A stretch of DNA of 64,000 nucleotides, taken from Puccinia triticina. Taxonomy: Eukaryota. Shown here piece after piece: positions 39,674 through 51,060 of this stretch. Each line of letters begins with the position of its first letter. Within the stretch, counting starts at the first letter, position 1. The stretch lies in the NCBI GenBank assembly GCA_026914245.1, contig CP110439.1, forward strand, positions 4,278,001 through 4,342,000, given 5' to 3'. The position numbers were made by a program, and so were the translations under genes. The notes under the pieces were generated by a model. It did no database searches, was not told where the DNA came from, and worked only from the letters and a program-made list of their open reading frames with translations.

Positions 39674-41122
39674 ATGGATGATCCAAACGATTCGGTCGGT
39701 AACTGCGAAAGAAGTCTCGGCCAAATGTCCTTCCTTCCCCCCGTCAACTTTATTCCACGCTTTCGGCCTATAACTAGGAATCCGGAACATGAGCGGATTT
39801 GGAAACAAGGAGGTAAGTGGAATGATTCTTTCAGCCTTGAGATTCCAGCGGTACCTCGACTGATCTTGGCAAGAAACCTCTTCAATCGAACTGTAGATGC
39901 GGTAATAGAAAGCTTTCAAAGAATGGTTACTAAGTACGACGAGTCCGCCGACCGGCGCCTTGAGAACTTTCGAGCAAATCACGTCAAGTTCACAATCGAC
40001 GAGCTGACCCGGAATGAAGCGACCTTGAACCATCTAGTGTCGAACCTCCTGCCTATGTTACGGTCTCAAATCATCAGGCTATTGAAATCACTAAACCCAT
40101 TTGGCTTGCAGCAAGAACCAGAGTCAAAAATCCGGCTCATCTCTCAGAACCGATTAAACGTTGAAAAAACTATAGACATATTGAGAGCTTGGATCGTTAA
40201 GGTCTGTCCAGGCCGCTTGGTTAAACCATACCCATCCAGTGACCATCACTACAAACGATCAAAATCATTCAGACTTTTTACCTTGAAAAAGTATATTTTT
40301 GAGGCCTCGCTAGACATTGGTCGAAGCTGTCGTGTAGCCTCCGAGCTCCTCCACCACGCGAAATGCTCGGCAGATGCACATAGCCAGCAGACGAAAAAAA
40401 CGTATTATCAGGGGCTATTGGCAGCCAAGAGGGCAGTTGGGTCGATCCACGCGGCTATCGAATGTATCAAAGGATCTGAATTAGATGTCGCTGAGAAGAT
40501 TTGGCAATCGCGCTTGACGGGTATTGACTACAGCATGCGAATCATCATGTGCTTAATCACGCCTGCAACTAATTCTAGTCGCCGTAGGAAAAAATTTGGC
40601 GATGAATCAGTCATTCACCTCTCTAAGTCGGCAATAACATGGATCAAGGTCCACAAGCTCTTCTTTGTCAAGTTCTTCTCCAAACGCGGGGCTATTAGGA
40701 GAAATCTTCCATGTTTTACAGAGTTGTGTTCGGATCAAATCCTATCTATAGTCCGATCGATCGAGGACGTTGCTGAGGACCTTAATGGACTTGTTGAACG
40801 CTTGAAAGAGGCAGATAGGATTGGCGACTACATCATTAACGACAGTCTGCGTTCATCAGCCGCCGCTCTCAAAGCTCGTTTCGATGCTCCTATGGTTCTC
40901 CTACTCCTTTATCTCATTCCTCTGATCCCCGATATCGCCACTCAAAATGATTACAGAGATTGGTTGCTTACTTGGAACACTCAGCGCAATTTAGCCTGCG
41001 AGAACTACATCGATATCTCCAGGTCATTAATCGACCGCGAGTCTGACGGCCACGAGTCCGACGACCACGAGTCCGACAGCTACCACTCCTCCGATTCCTA
41101 CGAGTCCGACTACCGCTTCTAA
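39674..41122 (+). CDS. Rust-type hypothetical family protein, paralogue 2 (likely one 84-nt intron; ~454 aa)
   Basis: Shares LLPMLRSQI, GSELDVAE and WLLTWNTQ with the paralogues. The intron at 39813-39896 (GTAAGT...CTGTAG) sits at the conserved WxQG|D position. Acidic ESDxH repeat tail. Confidence 0.88.
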   Translation: MDDPNDSVGNCERSLGQMSFLPPVNFIPRFRPITRNPEHERIWKQGGKWNDSFSLEIPAVPRLILARNLFNRTVDAVIESFQRMVTKYDESADRRLENFRANHVKFTIDELTRNEATLNHLVSNLLPMLRSQIIRLLKSLNPFGLQQEPESKIRLISQNRLNVEKTIDILRAWIVKVCPGRLVKPYPSSDHHYKRSKSFRLFTLKKYIFEASLDIGRSCRVASELLHHAKCSADAHSQQTKKTYYQGLLAAKRAVGSIHAAIECIKGSELDVAEKIWQSRLTGIDYSMRIIMCLITPATNSSRRRKKFGDESVIHLSKSAITWIKVHKLFFVKFFSKRGAIRRNLPCFTELCSDQILSIVRSIEDVAEDLNGLVERLKEADRIGDYIINDSLRSSAAALKARFDAPMVLLLLYLIPLIPDIATQNDYRDWLLTWNTQRNLACENYIDISRSLIDRESDGHESDDHESDSYHSSDSYESDYRF

Positions 41123-41426
41123 AAAACTAGCAAAATCGTTTCTCTCTTCTTCTGTTATTTGATGTACTGGTTCAGCTTCAGACAATTTAAAACGGGCGCG
41201 TATGTGTATGTAGGCTCAATTTTCCTGTGCTGTAGACTTTGATCAGGTCCGATTTCCAGGAAAAAAAAATCACTGCCAACAACACCAAACTGGGGGCTCT
41301 ACTTTGAACGCCCCCAAATGCAAGAATCTCCTGATCTTGCATCAGGAGTTTCCAACCTGGAGGCAGAAAACCTTTTGTCCGTAACGGGTTACCTCCCGGA
41401 GTCCGGACTGCTCCTTACTAAAGTAA

Positions 41427-42571
41427 GGCCCCAATTATAAACACAATTTTGAGATTATTTTGAGATTATTTTGAAATTGTTTTGAAATCAAAACCAACTT
41501 TGTTTTGAGTTCTTTTCATTTCAAAATAATCCCAAAACTCTTCAAACACACCCAAGAGGGGTGTTTGAGATTCCAAAATCTCAACATTTTGAACAGGCAG
41601 TATGCCTGTATGGTGCCTCAGACCCCCCCCCCCCCCCCCATTTAATGGCTGTATTGGGTCGGCGGAGTTCGCCGGGCGGGGGTTGGCTGACACATGAAAA
41701 AAACTGCTGCTGCAGTACCAATATACAGCAGTTCCAAGAAAGCTTGCGTTTCCGGACCTGCAATTCTGCCCCCCAAACTTGACTTCAACTTCAGCCACAT
41801 CCCCCCTGTATTCTGGACAGCCCAGGTTATACAGGGCTGTGGGGCCTGACTGGGCAGCCTGCTGCCCGGTCATGCCCCGTGGGCACAGGGGAGCAGAGGA
41901 CCGCTGGACTCAAAATTTGATGAGGAGTCCAATGGTGCCACTCTCAAAAGCTAAAAGCTAACTATCACAAAGATTGTAACTTTTGCAACAAATGCATGTT
42001 CCTGTATGGCAATGGCCATACAGGAGGCAATACAGGTGGCTGAAGTTGAGTTTGGGGGGCAAAATCTCAGGTCCAGAAGCGCAAGCTTTCTTGGAACTGC
42101 TGTACCAGATTGTGTTCCATGATTGCACTCACTGACAAAAATACTGATGGCCTACCCTTACAAACCTCCAGGAAGCCCGTGCTTGTGTGTTATTCTGCTC
42201 GTTCAAAAGCCAGGTGGCAAGGAGCTGATTTGTTGAGTTGATCATTGGGAGGGGGATCATTGTGTGCGTGTTGGCCTGGTGAGGTGTGGCAAGGAGTGTG
42301 GGTTGTTTTTTGGTTCAGACAGCCAAGGCTGAACAGGCAATCTGTATTCTATCCAGCTTGCCCGTGTCACAGACATCTTGCCCCTGCCTGCCCACTCCGG
42401 CAGGCTACTTGCTCAGGGATGCACAATTTTCTATATGTGCACCCTGTTGTTTGAAGTTTTTCCAAGAGGATTTTGAAATCAAAAATCTTTCATTTTGATT
42501 TTGTTTCTGTTTTGAAATTCTCTTCAAATACTTTCAAAATAAAACTCAAAATTTTGTTTATAATTGGGGCC
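41427..42571. mobile_element. Non-autonomous PIF/Harbinger element
   Basis: TIR GGCCCCAATTATAAAC / GTTTATAATTGGGGCC. TAA TSD on both sides. Confidence 0.88.
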
Positions 42572-42652
42572 TAAGTGCGCGCACACAACTGGTTCACACA
42601 GCATCTAATTCTCAATACCACCAGTCATTGAGTGTTGTGAGTACTCACTCAG

Positions 42653-43529
42653 TAGGGATGTAAATGGGTTGGGTCAAATTGGAAAGACCTGAGACCCAAT
42701 GGGTTCTGGGTCGGGTTTGGGCAGCCCTCAGGCCTCTCTTCAAAAAACCAACCCGGCTCATTGAGACCCAATTAAATAATTGGGTTGGGTTCAGGCAGGG
42801 TTTTTCCCATTCGGGTCGGCCCATGAACCCAATTGCAACCCAAAATGAGGCTATCCACGCTTCAGTCCAACCACAAATGTATGTACATCATACTCAATCA
42901 CTTGCCAAGAGGGATACGGCGAGATAAATTTGTACCAGCTTGCTGAGAGGAATACATACCTCCTGGCGAGCTGGACTTCAATCAGCTCGCCAAGAGGAAT
43001 ACATACCTCTCGGCAAGACAGACTTTTTCAGAAGCTCAGCACGAGGAATGCATACCTCCCGGAGAGCTAGACTTATGAGCAGCTCGCCAAGAGGAATAAA
43101 TACCTCTTGGCCCAAGAGGAATAAATACCTCTTGGCGGGATGGATTTGTACCAGCTTGCCAAGAGGACTACATACCTCTAGGAGAGCTGTTCAAAGCCCA
43201 GCTTGCCGGCCCAAGTCCAGCTCACTGGGAGGTATGTATTTCTCTGAGCTGGACTTGGGTCAATTGTCCAGGGTGTCTTGGTGTACATGTCCCTGCACGC
43301 CAGAAAAATATGGTGTACACAGGTTTTTCAAGGATGGTGCAAACATTTGGTGTGCATTTAGCATGACTTATGTTGTCTTGGGTTGGCCCAAGACCCAACC
43401 CGGACCCAACTCCTCATTAATGGGTTTGGGTTTGGGCACTAAATTTGCAGTTTTGCCCCAACTCAACCTGACCCGGTGCTCACGTTGGATTGGGTTTGGG
43501 CACCATTTTCCAACCCGTTTACATCCCTA
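42653..43529. mobile_element. hAT-type MITE (TAGGGATGTAAA ends)
   Basis: TIRs TAGGGATGTAAATGGGTTGG / CCAACCCGTTTACATCCCTA. Flanks TCACTCAG and TCACTTGG both derive from TCACTCGG by CpG decay. Confidence 0.82.
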
Positions 43530-43543
43530 TCACTTGGTGACCA

Positions 43544-44215
43544 GTACAGACCTGACCGGCCATCAAGTGTTGTGTCACTCAATGGCCGGTACAGACCCAA
43601 CCGTCCATCAAGTGTTGTGTCACCCAATGGCTGGTAGTGATACAAACCCAACCGGCTATCAAGTGTTGTGTCACCCAATGGCTGGTACAAACCCGACCGG
43701 CCATCAAGTGACACAACACTCAATGGCTGGTACAGACCCGACTGGCCATCAAGTGTTGCATTGTTGTGTCACTCAATGCCAGTACAGACCTGACCGGCCA
43801 TTGAGTGTTGTGTCACTTGATGGCCGGTAAAAACCTGACTGGCCATTGAGTGTTGTGCCGCTCAATGGCTGGTAAAAACCTGACTGGCCATCAAGTCTTG
43901 TGTCACTTGATGGCTGGTACAGACACGACCAGCCATTGAGTCTTGTGTCACTCAATGGCCGGTACAAACCTGACTGGCCATTGAGTATTTTGTCACTCAA
44001 TGGCCGTAACAAACCTGACAGGCCATTGAGTGTTGTGTCACCCAATGGCCATTACAGAGCCAACCGGCCATTGAGTGTTTTCTCACTCAATCGCTGGTAC
44101 AGACCCGACCAGCCATCAAGTGTTGTGTCACTTGATGGCCAGTACAAACCCAACCGGCCATCAAGTGTTGTGTCACTCAATGGCCGGTACTGACCCAACC
44201 AGTGATTGAGTTGCG
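43544..44215. repeat. 45-bp tandem array (~15 units), each unit internally palindromic
   Basis: Unit GTACAGACCCGACCGGCCATC(G/A)AGTGTTGTGTCACTC(G/A)ATGGCCG. Period 45 (43544 to 43589). Confidence 0.9.
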
Positions 44216-45958
44216 TGCGTAATCACATGATTACCGGTTGAGTGTGTGCTGGCTCATACTCAATGACCGGTATGCGGGTGTGATTGGGGATGGGTAAAAA
44301 CACTCTGGAGGGAGTGTTTCTGGCCTTTTTCCTGCTCCTGGACCTGATCTCCTGGAGCCTTTTTTGAAGAAGCAAATCAGGTCCGCAGGAGAGGTTCCAG
44401 GTCCATTTTTCCTGATTCCTGGGACCTGTACAACCTGATTTTCAACTTTGAAACACCCTATTGTTATACTTTCTAGCAACATGAAGATAGAAAAAATCTG
44501 ACTACACCACGGTTCATCCAGGACATCCATTGGCTGGACCAATGGTCACACCTTTGGCTGTCTGGCTCCGGCGCAGGTGGGTCTATCCTTTGGACGGACA
44601 TTGTACTTCCCTCGCGTTGGATGGTTGGGACAAACCCATGGACGGACCAGGAAACATTTAGCGGATGATTGAAGGACCATCCTCTGGATGGCTCCACATT
44701 CCAGCGGGCATGAAAAAATGATTCATCCCGGCCAGCCCGCACGATTCATTGCTTGTAGGTGGGGTCAAACATGCAACCTTCCACACAAGACCAGTGTAGG
44801 GCCACGCTCTCCCAGCTACGCCACGTAGACAACACCTGCAATCATTGCCACCTTCATCACATAAAGACTGCAGCCAACAATATCCCTTTGCCATCCAACA
44901 GTCTATTGGACACTCTTGATCAAGGGTGTCCAAGGGTTTTTTTTTGGTGTCCATTGGACACCCTCATGAATCAAGGGTGTCTGATGCACAGTGTTTCTTG
45001 TGTTCATTGGACACTCTCAACTGAGAGTGTCCGCTGGGCAACTTGTTTGGTGTCCATTGGACACTCCAGCTGGAGTGTCTGATTGTTGGAGGGCACATTT
45101 GCGTGAAAAGCGTCCATTGTACACTCCTGGAGGAGAGTGTCCGATGTAAGACTCAAAAGTGGTAATGAAACCCTTTTGCTGAATGGTGAAGGGTATGATG
45201 GAGTTGCAAGCTCTGCCCTTCTGTTATCAGTCAACAAGACCCACCAAGCTCAGCTTGGCAAGTTTTATTAAGTGATAGGTCTGGTCTGTTCCAGATGAAA
45301 TCTGTTTGACTGGCAACTTGTAAGTGTTTTAATTACTTTGTTATAAGGGTTGAATTATTGTTATAAGGGTTGAGTTGTTATTATAGGGGGTTTAGGATTT
45401 GAGTGTGGATGAGTGTTGGGTGACTTGTGAGTTCTGGGTGAGGAACTGGGGAGCAGGCCACTGGGGGTGGAGAGAGCTCCTTTTATAGACAAAAGTGGAG
45501 CCCCAAAGGGGCTTGTGGGTTAGGGTTTCGGCTAATCTAGACAGCAGGGTGAGGGATTTTAGCTGATGGGAGTAGATACAAATGATGTCATAACCCCTCA
45601 GGGGTGCATGAATGGTGTCAGAATATACCACAGAACATTCTAAATATGCCAGGGGTGCATACATGATGTCAGAATATACAAAAGAACATTATAAAGCATG
45701 CATGAGGTGACAGTAGACTGCATGAGCTGTCATACAGGGGGAATTAGTGTATACACAAAGTCTGAGGCTGCAGAAACAGTGTAAATGATGTCATACTATG
45801 TATATAAATGAGTGTATTTAGCTAATATGTAATGAGTGTAGCCTGACAGGGAGATGTATGTTTGTATCCTGTGATATGTATAAGTGTCCTACTGTGAAAC
45901 TTGGGTTGAAGCAGGTGACAGCTGGGTCACTGGGGCTGGCCGTGTGATAGGTGTCCAT

Positions 45959-48900
45959 CAACGCTGCAACCAATCCGGGACAGGGATCGGGATTAGAATG
46001 TATTGTATCACAATACTGCCCGATATTTAGTATTGGGATTGTATTGTGTTTCCAATACGATACATTTATTGGCAAAATTGTGGATTTTGCATCCAATCCG
46101 TAACACAGGATCTTCCTCCTGTGTATCTCCAAGACCAATACAATACAGCCAAAGTGCGATATGTATTGGGCTGTATAGGAAAGACAGCGGCTGCGCCGCA
46201 ACCCAGGTGTCATGTCCATGTCCACCCCTTTGCGCCACCCTCCGCCAGCCCATGGCACCATCCATCCACCCCGCCATTGCCATCGCCACCACCACCGTCC
46301 ACTCGCACCCGCCACCGTCCACTCGCACCCGCCACCGTCCACTCGCACCCGCCACCGTCCACTCGCACCCGCCACCGTCCACTCGCACCCGCCACCGTCC
46401 ACTCGCCAACGGCACATAGGCAAGATCCCTTTGAGACGCCCACGGTGACTCAGAGCAGATCCGCCGCCGGAGCCCTTGACTCGCCACTGCCGACCACCCT
46501 CAAATCACAGCTCCTCCTCCTTGACCTCAACGGTAAACCACTCGCACCCGCCACCGTCCACTCGCCAACAGCACATAGGAGAGATCCCGAAATGGCCCGA
46601 TCATGTGCATCACCTCGCCAAACCCCGTCCCGGCCACCATCTCGCCAGTCTACTCGCATCAGAACCCCCGCCTGCTCGAACGCTAATTCTCTTCAGACCA
46701 ATCAAGATTCTCAGAGAAGATCAGAAGTTCCACCAAGCCCTAACAATTCTACTGGAAAATCAAAAAGAAAGCCGAAGAGAAAGAAAAGTGGTACTACTGC
46801 TGATAAGAATTTGGACGAAGTCGATGATGTGATAGATCACAAACAGGACTCGGACAACGATAACATGAAGGTCAAGAAGTTGAGAGGGAAACCAAAAAGT
46901 TCGTTTGATGATGTTTTCGATTACTTTGAACCCCCGTTCCATGCAAATGAAGGAGATACCGTAAGTGTTTTATTCATTTTTGACTTCAAGAAAGAGACAA
47001 GCTTCACACAACTAATATATTCCTGTTCTAGGGCGAGAAAATGATGTATAAGTGCAAGTGGTGCTCAACTGTTTACAAAAAAGGCGTTGGGACCAAATCG
47101 AACCTTATGAAGCATCGTGATGGTAATCAGCACCATTTGCCCTGCTCATCACGAATGGACGCAATCGATAAAGGAGCCAATCTCCCGCCCACAGCAAAGG
47201 AAATCGAGAACGACATGCAAGAAGAACAACATGGAACAATGAAGACCTACGCAAAACACACAGTGTTTGACCCAAGGGTCTTTAACCAGCTTCTGGTACT
47301 TTGGCTCGTTTGATTCTCGCTACCCTGGTGCCGGATCAGAGACTTTCTATTGGGTGTTGCGTTCAACTATGCTCGAAGAGGTATTTTTCTCTATTCCCGG
47401 ACTTGGGCAGCAACCGAGGCACATCGGCTCTATCTCAACCTGCAGAACAACGTTGTTTCCAGCTTACAGGTATGTTGTTTTGCTCGTTTTCTCATATGCA
47501 AAGCTGACCAAATCCAATCCTCCCCTTCCAGAAACTAAGCTCCAAATTCACATTGATCCATGATGTCTGGACCACAAAAGGTAACCATCATGCGTTTCTC
47601 GGAATCTCAGTCGCTTATGTTACCGCGGATTGGGAATTTAAAATCTCGCATCTCGGCATGAAGTTTATTGCATCAAGTCACAAGGGAAAGCTTTTGGCAA
47701 TCCCGTTTGCTAATATTTTGACAAAATTTAAACTTGAAGACAAGATAAGTGTTTTATTTCATTTCTCTAATTCACCGTCAATTTTCTGAACTAACACATT
47801 TGTGATGATGTGTTTTTTAATACATCTTAGCTCAAACAACTGATTCAGGCTCGAATAATTTCACGATGGCTTCAGAGATTGATCGGCTTATTTTCATCAA
47901 GACTGATATCGATCCCAACCTTTCAGCAAATCACATTAGATGTTTCTGCCATAAACTTGCGCTGATCCTCAATGCGGGGCTACGGACAATCGAGCTATCA
48001 ACAAAAGGGTTAGGTACATCCAAAAACGGCACGCTTGGCTTCACCCCCGCCTTGAACCCCATCGTGGAAGAATCTGAAGAAGTCAACGAAGCCGATCTGT
48101 ATGTGACCGAGGACACAATTTTGGCATCCTCCAACAACAATCAAGTTGAGGAGAACGATCATGAGGCGTCCGATGAATGTGAGAGTGACGATGAGCCTGA
48201 TCCATCGATTGCACCAGATGAAGGGAAAAATGTGATTGACAAAAGCTTAAAAAAGGTACGCTTCTTTCTGCATGTGTTCTAGTTTTTTTGAAGGCTGACC
48301 GTTGAATTTTCCGCCTAGGTTGACTTTGTCATCCAGAGGATCACATCCTCAGCAGCCAAGAGATCCGAGTACAACACGTGGTGCAAAAAACTTGACTTCG
48401 ACGGGCCCAGCCTCATCGCCGGGTACGGTATTCGCTGGAACATTAAGTTCCAAAGTCGGGATCGAGGTTATCAAGCTCGAAAGATCATAGCAAAATTGAT
48501 TGAAAACGAAAACGATCGAGTGGAACGAGAGGGTGGAAATCACTACTTCAACAATGTTCAAATCACAACGGAAGAGTGGAAGAATGTAAATAGATTAAAT
48601 GACACTCTCAGTGTGAGTCGATCTTTGTTTTAGTCCCTTCAATTTCACACAACACTAATCTATCATGTACGATCTTATTTGTTAGGAATTTTATTATCTG
48701 ACTAAGAAGATGGAGGGTGATTACTCCTCAGCATGTTTACTCATTTCCGAGTATCAACACATCAAATTGTTCATCAAGAAAAAGATGGAATCCTGCTCCG
48801 AACCCGAATTCCACACGATGTTTGCAAGGATGCTCACGAAGACGACTACATATCTCAACGAGGCAATGCGGTGTGATGCAATCCTCATCGCAACTGTTCT

Positions 48901-49854
48901 CAATCCCAGCTTCCGGCTATCAATCTTCAAGTTGTACTTCCCTTCCAAACACAGATATGTCTTCGATTTAATGAACAACCTCTTCAATACTCGGAAAGCT
49001 CAAGTTGACACAGCATCAAGTTCAAGACCAGCCCCACCAGTTCTCAATAAACCCGACTCCAGCAAAAAAGTTCGAGAAGAGATCGACTACTTTCCTCAAC
49101 CGGTCGAAGTCCCTTGTGCAGATGAGCTTACAATCTATCTCAAGGGTAAGCATAAGTTACCTACAGCTGAAGCAAGCAAATGCTTAAATTGGTGGAAAGT
49201 AAGTCTTTCTACTTTCTAACTGAACATATAAATTGGTTTTGAGCTTGAATGATATGATAGAACCATGGCCAAGAATTCCCAACGTTGGCCCTCCTCGCCC
49301 GAGACTATCTGGCTTGCTCGGCAACCTCTGCCAGTGTGGAGAGGTGTTTCTCAGCTGCAGCCAACACTTGTAGCAGCGATCGAGGGAGTCTCGCTGCAAG
49401 AACTATTGAGCGATGTGTCAGCTCGCATCAATGGATGGTCCAAGGTGTGAAGCCGGACAAAACTTTTGAGGATGCACAGAACATCATCACCCAGGCCACC
49501 GCACAGAAGGCCCTTGAGAAACATTGAGTCTTGAAGACCTCAGTGTATAGTTTTTTTTAATTGACTCCTCATGATTGTATCTGGCAGCTGCCAAACTCTA
49601 TGTACATCCAAAATAAAATCGAACTCACCTGCCTAAAATAGTGATCCCTGCAAGCCTGTATCTTTTTATCGTATTGGTATTGCAATGTGATACCAATACA
49701 ACCAATCCTTTGGATTGGTTTCTCGATACAAGATTGAAGGATCGTATTGAGAAGTCAATACGATCCTGAAAATTTTGATACTCTGTATTTGAAAACCAAT
49801 CCGATAACCTGGATTGGCCAATACGTGTCTCGTATCGGATTGGTTGCAGCGTTG
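45959..49854 (+). mobile_element. Full-length hAT DNA transposon (3.9 kb)
   Basis: 19-bp TIR CAACGCTGCAACCAATCCG / CGGATTGGTTGCAGCGTTG. TSD TGTCCAT. Subterminal CAATAC/GTATTG repeats. 20-bp tandem repeat at ~46292-46410. Confidence 0.93.
46592..49527 (+). pseudogene. hAT transposase, multi-exon, one in-frame stop
   Basis: BED finger CKWC...NLMKH, HDVWTT, QTTDSGSNN, CFCH, IRWN and SATSASVERCFS. TGA at 47311-47313 lies inside an otherwise open exon (LWLV*FSLPW). Confidence 0.88.
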
Positions 49855-51060
49855 TGTCCATGAGGTGTAACTTCCACACTAGAGGGGTCCAGGGTTTCAT
49901 CCAGTGGTGACTAGGGGTGAAATTGGCCGTAGAATCCATTTCTGGGGTCCATTTGGTGGTATCTTGAGGCCTAGTATGAGTAATTATGTGGCATAGATTT
50001 TTTATTTATTTTTCCACTTTTCCGTCTACCACACCGATGGATGCTATTTTTTGGGCGTTGAGGAACTCTGGCCGGTGCTAGGCCGGCAGCAGTTCGGGGA
50101 GGGGAAAAAGAAAAGCTGAGATTTATCTACGTATGCCCTCCGGGATGATTGGCCGAAAAAGAGCGCTGAGATTCGTGTAAGCGTGAAGGGGGTTTGATTT
50201 TACGACGGCGGGAGATGCGCGTCGGCGGGTTTGTTTTGAGAGAGGCCGGGATACTGCCGGCAGGAGTGAGAGGTGTGATCTAAACCAGGAAGGTGGAGGA
50301 GATCGACGTTTTGCGGGGTAAAGAACTTAAAAGCCGTGAGATTCGGGCAAACAAATGCCAAGACGTGAACTTTGAACTTTGATGGATTGACTGAAAACTA
50401 TATGGTTCAGAGTGGGTCCATGCCGCTCCAAAGCCTGAGTTCAAACTGAACTCAAACCTTGGAGTTGGTGACATGTAGCAGACATCTCATCACAACCTAG
50501 CGCGCACGCGCGCGCAACAACAACATAAGACAAAGACAGAAACAAAACAAAACAAAACAGAAACAAAACAAACCAACCCTCCTCATACAAAACCTATCCA
50601 ACGCGCGCAATGTGAAAGAGGAAATAACAAAACATGATGAAAGATAAACTTAAAAGAAAACAGGACCAAGAAAGCCAAAACACAAGGAAGAGGGGGGGGG
50701 GGGAAGAAGACCTGAAACGCCTTGAGGATGCGCGCCACGCCGCGCCGTTGAACTTGAGGAGGCCTCAAGGGCTGAAAGCTGAATCTTGATGTCTTGAGTC
50801 TTGACGTCCTCTGGCGCGCGCCGTGCGCGGCAAAAAGCTTGATTCCTCCGCGTGTACCAGATTGTCCACCACATCCACCCATGACTTGCAGTCTGTCCCT
50901 AGACTGCTCGTCCAATACCGTGCCTAAAAGAACTCCAAGTCCTAGAGAAAGAAAGGGAAACAAACCAGGGGCCTCCGCGGTGCTCACGAGCGTGGCATAG
51001 AGTAGGGTTTTGACGATACGCGGTAGTAACTACCCGGGAGATGCATACTTGGAGAGGAAC

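Larger units (their letters stand above)
45145..50033 (-). mobile_element. Solo LTR (~1 kb) split by the hAT insertion
   Basis: On the minus strand it reads TGTGGTAG...TCTTACA. 4-bp TSD CCGA at 45141-44 and 50034-37. TATA-like CTATAAAAGGAG on the minus strand near 45485. Confidence 0.8.

Noticed and set aside
42940..43830. 296-aa ORF
   Set aside because: It runs across a MITE boundary into a tandem array.
43544..44215. CRISPR-like array of palindromic repeats
   Set aside because: No unique spacers: whole 45-bp units repeat in tandem. Eukaryotic context and no cas genes.
45818..46590. ORFs with RPLAPATVHS or GASGRW repeats
   Set aside because: These are translations of a 20-bp tandem repeat in the hAT 5' region. 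The transposase more plausibly starts at 46592.
47740..47832. Mutated splice donor (ATAAGT) in the hAT transposase
   Set aside because: A canonical GTGTTT...CTTAG intron keeps the frame (KITQTTDSGSNN).
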